A DNA stretch of 62,121 bases, the filler included, from Stramenopiles sp. TOSAG23-3 (Eukaryota): the NCBI GenBank assembly GCA_900128585.1. It is 26 parts of 26 records of this genome, joined end to end, with 100 filler letters (N's around TTAATTAATTAA, not from the genome) between each part and the next. Parts side by side here need not be neighbours in the genome. Positions count along the whole stretch, not along the records: positions 55,070 to 57,353 come from LT644917.1; positions 57,454 to 59,737 come from LT644918.1; positions 59,838 to 62,121 come from LT644919.1; 23 more parts are not named here. One strand, written 5' to 3'. Below are positions 55,628-62,121 of this stretch, one piece after another (positions within the stretch are counted from its first letter, which is position 1; each line of letters starts with the position of its first letter). The notes beneath the pieces are model-generated. The model was not told where the DNA came from and did no database searches. It was given only the letters and a program-made list of their open reading frames with translations. The position numbers and the translations under genes were made by a program.

Positions 55628-57022
55628 ATGGAACGGTCACGATCCATGCCAAAAGTAGACGATAGGTTGTTCTCCGAACTGTACGATGCGGTGGTGACGG
55701 GGAATATCGATGCGTGTAGAAAGTGGCTTGGGGAGTTTGCGCTGCACGCCGGCGGCGACCACCACCACTACGAAGAGACCATGCTGTCGGTGGGGGAGAA
55801 GGTATACGGGGAGTTTAGAAAAATAGGGGGGAACACGGCCGCGTCCAAGTACATCACAATGACGGAGGTTCTCACCGGGTTCAGCGAGGAACGGTTCATG
55901 TTTCTCGGGGAGGGGGCCCTGGCGCCGGACGTTGTCGATCTGGCCGGAAAACTGTCGGCAGCCGCCGAGGACGCGATCATGAACGAGAGCGACGCGCTCG
56001 CGGAAACGCTGGAGGCGGAGCGGGAAACCCGCGCCGAGGCGGCCGCCACCAACACCAGCCGGGTGGCAGCGCTCGAGCAGCAGATCAAGGCGCTGGACGA
56101 GCGGCTGGTCTTAGAGATGGGGGAGCGGGGGCGGTTGGTGGAGCAGAGCAAACGGTTCCCCCCGGAACGGATGAAAATGTTAGAGGTTCAAAACGAACAA
56201 TTAGAAGCCATGCTCTCCGAGACCCGCGACCAGCTGGAGGCTCAACGGAAGCTGAACCAGGACACCAAGCTCAAGTACGACACGCAGCGGCAGCAAGCCC
56301 TTGGGGAGATGCAGCTGCGGCACAAAAAGGAGACGAAGAGGATGGCCGCGGGGGCGAAGGCGGAGAAACGGCGCGCGCTCGCGGACCGGGACGAGGCCAC
56401 GCGCACGGAAATAGAACGATTGGTGACAGAGCACGACCGTGCCCTGGCGCAGTTGAAGGATGAGTCGGAGGAAACGATCTTTGCCCTGACCGAAATCCAC
56501 AACGAACGGTTGCAGGAGGCGGAGAATTTGAAAATGCAGGCCCTCGGGAATAAGGAGGCCAGCCACAAAGACTTTTTAAGGGAGCTGAAGAAGGAATTGA
56601 AGCGAACTCGGTTGAACAGCACGGAACACTTGAACGCCACCAAAACCGCCCACGTGCGGGTCATTGCAGAGATGGAAAGTTCCCACCGAGACACCGTGCG
56701 CGCGCTGCAGCTGCAGCTCTTTCGCCTTCGTAAAGAAATGGCCAGTAGCGGCCTGCTCGGGAACAGTACGAATCACATGGCGGCGAGCAGTAGGAATGCA
56801 GCGGGCGGGGGCGGTGGGAAACTGGGTCGGAATCGCCCGGCGACGTCTCCTCCACGCGGGGACCAACGGTTTCTCGACCAGGACGGGAGGATGGTCGAGG
56901 AACGACGTGATTATTCTACAGGCAACCAGCGTCCTTCCGAAGGATCGGGGCACGTGGCCTCGCCCGTCGACCTATTACTGCAAGGAAAGCAATTTGTCAT
57001 TTATCCCCCACCAAAGTCATAG
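55628..57022 (+). CDS. Coiled-coil protein of unknown function
   Basis: 464-aa ORF with high GC3 and heptad-rich E/L/R/A composition. Confidence 0.8.
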   Translation: MERSRSMPKVDDRLFSELYDAVVTGNIDACRKWLGEFALHAGGDHHHYEETMLSVGEKVYGEFRKIGGNTAASKYITMTEVLTGFSEERFMFLGEGALAPDVVDLAGKLSAAAEDAIMNESDALAETLEAERETRAEAAATNTSRVAALEQQIKALDERLVLEMGERGRLVEQSKRFPPERMKMLEVQNEQLEAMLSETRDQLEAQRKLNQDTKLKYDTQRQQALGEMQLRHKKETKRMAAGAKAEKRRALADRDEATRTEIERLVTEHDRALAQLKDESEETIFALTEIHNERLQEAENLKMQALGNKEASHKDFLRELKKELKRTRLNSTEHLNATKTAHVRVIAEMESSHRDTVRALQLQLFRLRKEMASSGLLGNSTNHMAASSRNAAGGGGGKLGRNRPATSPPRGDQRFLDQDGRMVEERRDYSTGNQRPSEGSGHVASPVDLLLQGKQFVIYPPPKS

Positions 57023-57453
57023 AATAATCCGACAGACTGCTGGTGGTTGTGAGGTGCGTGGGTGGCCTAGTACACTGCGCCTAATATTGTATTTTAAAAG
57101 TGTTGTAAAAAACTATATAATTCATTTTATTATTCTTTCTGGTTCATTCCAGATCAAGATATACTTCGTAATTTTTTGTTATGGAAAGTTATTTAAGTTC
57201 GTTTTTCCGCGTGAATAAATAATTCTGAGATCAATGCGCAGTAAATAATTCGGAGTAAAGCTTATCAAAAAACCTAATAATATAAGAAGATATAAAGAAG
57301 AAGAAGAAGAAGAAGAGAAGAAAAAAGAATGTCGAAAATGTCAGAAAAAAAAANNNNNNNNNNNNNNNNNNNNNNNNNNNNNNNNNNNNNNNNNNNNTTA
57401 ATTAATTAANNNNNNNNNNNNNNNNNNNNNNNNNNNNNNNNNNNNNNNNNNNN

Positions 57454-59737
57454 AAGTAGCAAATACTGCCGAAGGTTCTGAGCCGATTTATTTCCCTAGA
57501 CGGATTCTTGCCGAGATATTCTTGGTAGCTAGTGCGCCCTCCAAGTCGAGATTTTGGTAGGAGGCACAAAATTGTATTGGCGTAGCGGAAGGCGTCGTGA
57601 ACATAATCCACTGAGAGATGACGGTGTTTCAAGTTATGTTTCGCAATATGTCTCAGACGTTTGATTTTGTTTTCGGCAAGATTTTGCTGCGATTCGGACG
57701 TCAATCTGGTAACTATTGCGTGAGAGCTATAGAGCCAGTTTTGGAGGGACGAATCCCATATCCCCTTTTCTCCGTCCCACATGAGTTGTTTCGGCATATG
57801 ATTTTCTGATTTTAGTTTCGCAATGATAATCATTAAAGCTTGGCGTAGTGTATCAGAAGATTTGTCCTTTAGGAAAAGTATCCAGGACCAATCTGAATTA
57901 GAGTCCACAGCGACAAGAGCAAGTTTATTTTTAAGCATCGAACCAGGTGGTGCGTTTTTCACTACGTCTTTCGTGAGTGGTAGCGACATAATGTCCATAT
58001 GAATAACGTCTCCTGGGTTATTTGCTCGGTTCGCATTCCGGGATAATGTATCTTTCCGTGGGTGTTTGTGGTTGTGTATTGCGCCGCGAAGGCACCCTTC
58101 GCATGGAATGGTGGGCGTGGCAGACTTAAGATGTTTGTAATTCGGAATTTGGATCCAACCTGCGTTAACCAGTTGCTCCAGCATTTGGTCACTTGGATGC
58201 CCAAGCCGTTGATGCCAATTGTAGGCTAAATTATGTTGGATCACATCGTGCGAACCTAGATAAGTCTTACCGTCATGAGGTGATTCTTCCTCTCGTTGGT
58301 CAGGTTTATTGGGATGTGTTGCCCAGTCTTTGTCTTTGTTATATGGGAGTTTTGAGCGGTAGTTATCTACCCGCAAAGCATTCGATGTAAGTACGTCCTT
58401 TTCGGTTTTTATGTCCTTTAAATCCCCTTTTGGTAAGATCGTGTAAGTGCCATTGACATTGGATGCTATTTGCGTACACGAGCTCTGTTGTGCTGAGGTC
58501 AATATGGACGGGTCGATCTTCCATGCACCAGTTTTGGTAAACAAAATACCTGTAGGCTCAGGGTTGTCGCTGCATAAACGGAAGACACTAATGAGTGTAG
58601 TGTCGAGCGCCGGATTATGTATTACATTCTTGATCGTGTCACTAATGTCCCCTTTTTCGTGACTACGTATAGATCCATTGGCCGTATTGAATATCATGTC
58701 ATGTCCGCGTAGGTTGTGAAGAAGGGATTTGTTCCCTGTCATGTGGAAATTTGCGCCACTGTCTAGTATCAACTTCTTGTGCCAATATGCTTCCTTCGTA
58801 CTTTGTGCTTTAGGCAATTCTGCTATGTAGCATGGGTAAATCGCTCCCTTGAAACGAGAAATGAGGTCGGTGTTCATTTTTAATTGCCAAAAATCTCTCT
58901 GAGGCAATCCAGTTAACCACGGTAAAACAAATTGTAGAAGAAAGTAATAACCAAGAACATTTACTATATTGAATTCAGCGTATTTTGTTACCACACAGAT
59001 CGTGACAAGAAAGGTAAGTACCATTCTCAACCTTCTCCACGGCAATGATGAGTAGTTGGTCTGGCCGCGGTTTTTATTGCCGTCTGGTTTACCACATTCT
59101 GAGCCCTGATATTCATCGGACCCCTGGGCTAGCCAGGATATACCGACCTCAGGGTCATTGGAAGAGCTTGCACTTTGATTGTCGTTCGTGCTACCTCCCT
59201 GTGCATTATTTGCTTCGCCACTGTTGCTGGGGTGCTTAAATGGGCATCCTTTATTTCTGCGATTGCAGTTTTTACCGAACTTGCACTTGATGTTGCGTTT
59301 GCCAAATTTTTTGTATTGTTCGGGGCGTTCTGCTTTCCATTTATCAAGAGCCTCTGTATTTGGGCACGTGCGAGCAAGGTGTCCCGGTTGACCGCACGCG
59401 AAGCATTTAATTCTGCTACTGTTGGCTGCGAATCCAGCAAACATCATTTCCAGTATGTCGTTGTCGTGGTTGAAGTACAATGCCACGGAAGAATTACTAC
59501 CGAGCTGTTCATCAAGGGGTGACCTTATCTGGGCACATTGTATGACTTGTTTCTTCGTTAAGGTGCATATGTCTTTCGATAAAACGTCTGTTTTGAGCGC
59601 TTGTTCGTTAGCGTCGTTTTTAGGAAATTGCCTTATCCAGTTTCCTAATCCGATGATGTAGGAAGGCTCAAGATCAGTGTTCAGGCTCTTAATTGCTCGT
59701 TCAAAGGAGCGACAGTTCCGGAAAGTTTCGCGTAAGT
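57454..59737 (-). mobile_element. Ty1/Copia LTR retrotransposon gag-pol internal fragment
   Basis: One frame open over the whole contig: CCHC knuckle CFACGQPGHLARTC, protease LILDSGANFHM, pre-integrase WHQRLGHPS...CEGC, integrase HMD/WDGE/AEN and LRTFGSICY. PR-INT order is Copia-type. Confidence 0.92.
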
Positions 59738-59837
59738 NNNNNNNNNNNNNNNNNNNNNNNNNNNNNNNNNNNNNNNNNNNNTTAATTAATTAANNNNNNN
59801 NNNNNNNNNNNNNNNNNNNNNNNNNNNNNNNNNNNNN

Positions 59838-59910
59838 GGAAGGAAGGAAGGAAGGAAGGAAGGAAGGAAGGAAGGAAGGAAGGAAGGAAGGAAGGAAGGA
59901 AGGAAGGAAG
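59838..59910. repeat. (GGAA)n microsatellite at contig start
   Basis: Direct reading. Confidence 0.95.
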
Positions 59911-60582
59911 AATTTCAAAAAACTCTTTACACTTCTTTCCTGTTTACAACACACAACACTTCTTTTCTCTTTTATTTATTATAGTTCTTTTCTCTTTTAT
60001 TTATTAGTTCTTTTCTCTTTTATTTATTTATTTATAGTTCTTCTTTTCACTTCTTTCCTCTTTTCTCTTTTGTTCTCTTTCTTCGTTCTTCGATCATTCT
60101 ATTACAGTATATATTTGTAGATAATTATGAATTATGAATCCTATATAATTTTTAATACAAACATATGAATAACATTGAATGATCCTTCTATTACCAAGTA
60201 TTAGAAGATGAAGATGATAGGATCTTCTTCTTCGAAAACAAATTTATTATTATTATTTTGAGAGAAGAAGAAAGAAGAAAGAAAGAAAGAGAAAGAAAGA
60301 AAGAAGAACGAACGAACGAAAGAAAGGAATACATGACACAACACCATAACATAATAGTTTTTTTTATAATCACATCCTCTCCTATTACTACACCTGTACC
60401 TTTTTACATAAGGTAATGAAAATAGATGGACTTGTTACTTGAACGATGTAAATGTACATTTTTATTCTACACGATCCGCTCATTTGTTTCACTTCCCTTT
60501 GGTAACGTTAAGGATATTTGAATAGTTGTATCGGCTGTACTTACGTGCACAGCAGGAGTGTTTGTACAACACGCAGCATCAA

Positions 60583-61887
60583 ATGTCGTCTTTTGCGGGT
60601 GGCGGGGGAAACCACAATGTTGACACAGAGGAAGAGCGCGTCCGGGAAACCGTCCGGGCTGCGGTTGCCATGTGCGACGTCATCGACGTCCACACGCACT
60701 TGTTCCCCCCATCTCATGGGGGCCTGATGCTGTGGGGAATTGACGAGCTGCTCACGTACCATTACTTGGTAAGCGAATTTTTCATGGTCGCCCCGTCGGA
60801 GCTGACGTACGAGGCCTTTTTTGCCCTCTCGAAGCGTGAGCAGGCCGACCTGGTATGGGATCACCTATTTTTGAAGCGGCTGCCGATCTCAGAGGCCCAG
60901 ATCGGCGTACTGACCACGTTGAACATGCTCGGCCTTCAGGACAAGGTAAAAAAGCGAGACCTTGCCGGCATTCGAAAGTGGTTTTCCAAACAGGACATCG
61001 ACCAGTACGCCCGAGGCGTCTTTCGCATCGCCGGCGTCAAGTACGCAGTCATGACCAACAACGTGTTTTTGGAGGAGGAACGGGCACATTGGCTGAAGAA
61101 TGGGAAGGACGTGCCCTCGTACCTTCGCAGCGCCATCCGCGTCGACCCCCTCTTGAAGGGCGACTGGCGCACGGTCACGGCCGCACTGCGGAGCGAAGGG
61201 TTCGCCGAGACCATGGAGGGCCTGAGGCAGTTCCTGACGGCCTGGGCATCCCGGATCGGTCCGATGTACTTGATGGCCTCTACTCCTGCGGATTTTGTCT
61301 ACGGAGCCAACGACGCCCCCCGGGAGCCGGGGTGGCCTACGGCAACGGAGTTCATTGACGCCGCTTTGATCCCCGTGGCGCGAAAGCTAAACCTCCCGCT
61401 AGCCATGAAAATAGGGGCCTGGCGCGGCATGTCCCCGTCGTTGAACTCGTGTGGGGGAGGCGACGGAGTTGTCGTCTCCGACGTCACGCCGATCCGGGAG
61501 CTGTGCCACAACTTTCCGGACGTAAAGTTCCTCGCGACGTTCTTGAGCCGTGTGAACCAGCACGAAGTGTGCATCTTGTCGCAAAAGTTTCGGAACCTTC
61601 ACATTTACGGATGCTGGTGGTATTTGAACAACCCGAGCATCATCGAGGAAATAACCAAGATGAGGGTGGAATTGTTGGGCAGCGCATTCACCGCACAGCA
61701 TTCAGATTGTCGCATTTTAGACCAAATTTTGTACAAATGGAAGCACAGCCGTGCAGTTATCTCCACCGTGTTGGAGGACCAGTACGTCAGACTCTACAAA
61801 TCGGGCTGGAATTTGGAAGGCGACGAGATCGTGCGAGACGTCCAGCGTGTCCTCGGCGGCTCGTTTGAAGAGTTCTTGGCAAAGTAA
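60583..61887 (+). CDS. Uronate (glucuronate) isomerase, BH0493-type amidohydrolase
   Basis: IDVHTHL, LWGIDELLTYHYL, GCWWYLNNPSIIEEIT.MR.ELLG and QHSD.R.LDQ..YKW.HSR. Confidence 0.85.
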   Translation: MSSFAGGGGNHNVDTEEERVRETVRAAVAMCDVIDVHTHLFPPSHGGLMLWGIDELLTYHYLVSEFFMVAPSELTYEAFFALSKREQADLVWDHLFLKRLPISEAQIGVLTTLNMLGLQDKVKKRDLAGIRKWFSKQDIDQYARGVFRIAGVKYAVMTNNVFLEEERAHWLKNGKDVPSYLRSAIRVDPLLKGDWRTVTAALRSEGFAETMEGLRQFLTAWASRIGPMYLMASTPADFVYGANDAPREPGWPTATEFIDAALIPVARKLNLPLAMKIGAWRGMSPSLNSCGGGDGVVVSDVTPIRELCHNFPDVKFLATFLSRVNQHEVCILSQKFRNLHIYGCWWYLNNPSIIEEITKMRVELLGSAFTAQHSDCRILDQILYKWKHSRAVISTVLEDQYVRLYKSGWNLEGDEIVRDVQRVLGGSFEEFLAK

Positions 61888-62121
61888 TGCAAAGGGAAGG
61901 GAACGAAAAAACATTTTGATATCGAAGGCATGATAATAGATCATCACCTGTATAATAGTAGTGTAGTACCGTAGGTAGTACCTGGTAGTAGTAAGATAAT
62001 ATTATAATACAAAAATAATATGAAATACCTTTGTCAAAAAAACTGTTGTTGAAAATAAAAAAACAAAAAAGAAGAAGTTCTCCTTTAAGGTGTGAATATT
62101 CATTAATTATTAGATAAGATA

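Noticed and set aside
2307-59837. Regularly spaced TTAATTAATTAA palindromes as a biological repeat array
   Set aside because: They are embedded in N runs with monotonically shrinking spacing: an artificial six-frame-stop linker.
1-62121. tRNA/rRNA genes or a non-standard genetic code
   Set aside because: No recognisable structural RNA gene was seen by eye, and conserved proteins translate without internal stops in the standard code.

Overview
This window is not contiguous genome. It is 26 unrelated ~2.3-kb contigs joined by 25 artificial 100-bp linkers (44 N + TTAATTAATTAA + 44 N), ordered by decreasing length, so adjacency across linkers means nothing. The content is eukaryotic: mostly intron-free, moderately GC-rich CDSs in very AT-rich, microsatellite-rich intergenic DNA. 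CFAP91 indicates a flagellated organism; a stramenopile-like protist MAG/SAG is inferred. Recognisable genes: DIS3/RRP44, a SLOG/LSDAT protein, GPAT/DHAPAT C-terminus, ankyrin protein, Maf, calcineurin-B-like EF-hand protein, CFAP91, a CFAP97-domain protein, transportin-1 (with an intron, on a contig probably from a second organism), mitochondrial uL1, a sulfotransferase, a bacterial-type uronate isomerase, LRR proteins and several large secreted or Cys-rich proteins. Most interesting: (1) a dispersed non-coding element with 27-bp inverted termini, found on four contigs, always next to a stop codon; (2) a repeat-rich, virus/transposon-like contig with a TET/JBP-like 2OG-Fe(II) dioxygenase; (3) a DGQHR/ParB-like gene with an NLS-like N-terminus; (4) an XK-scramblase-LRR fusion; (5) a Copia polyprotein with an extra CCCH finger and a membrane-like segment. 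All family calls come from recognising motifs by eye, not from database searches.
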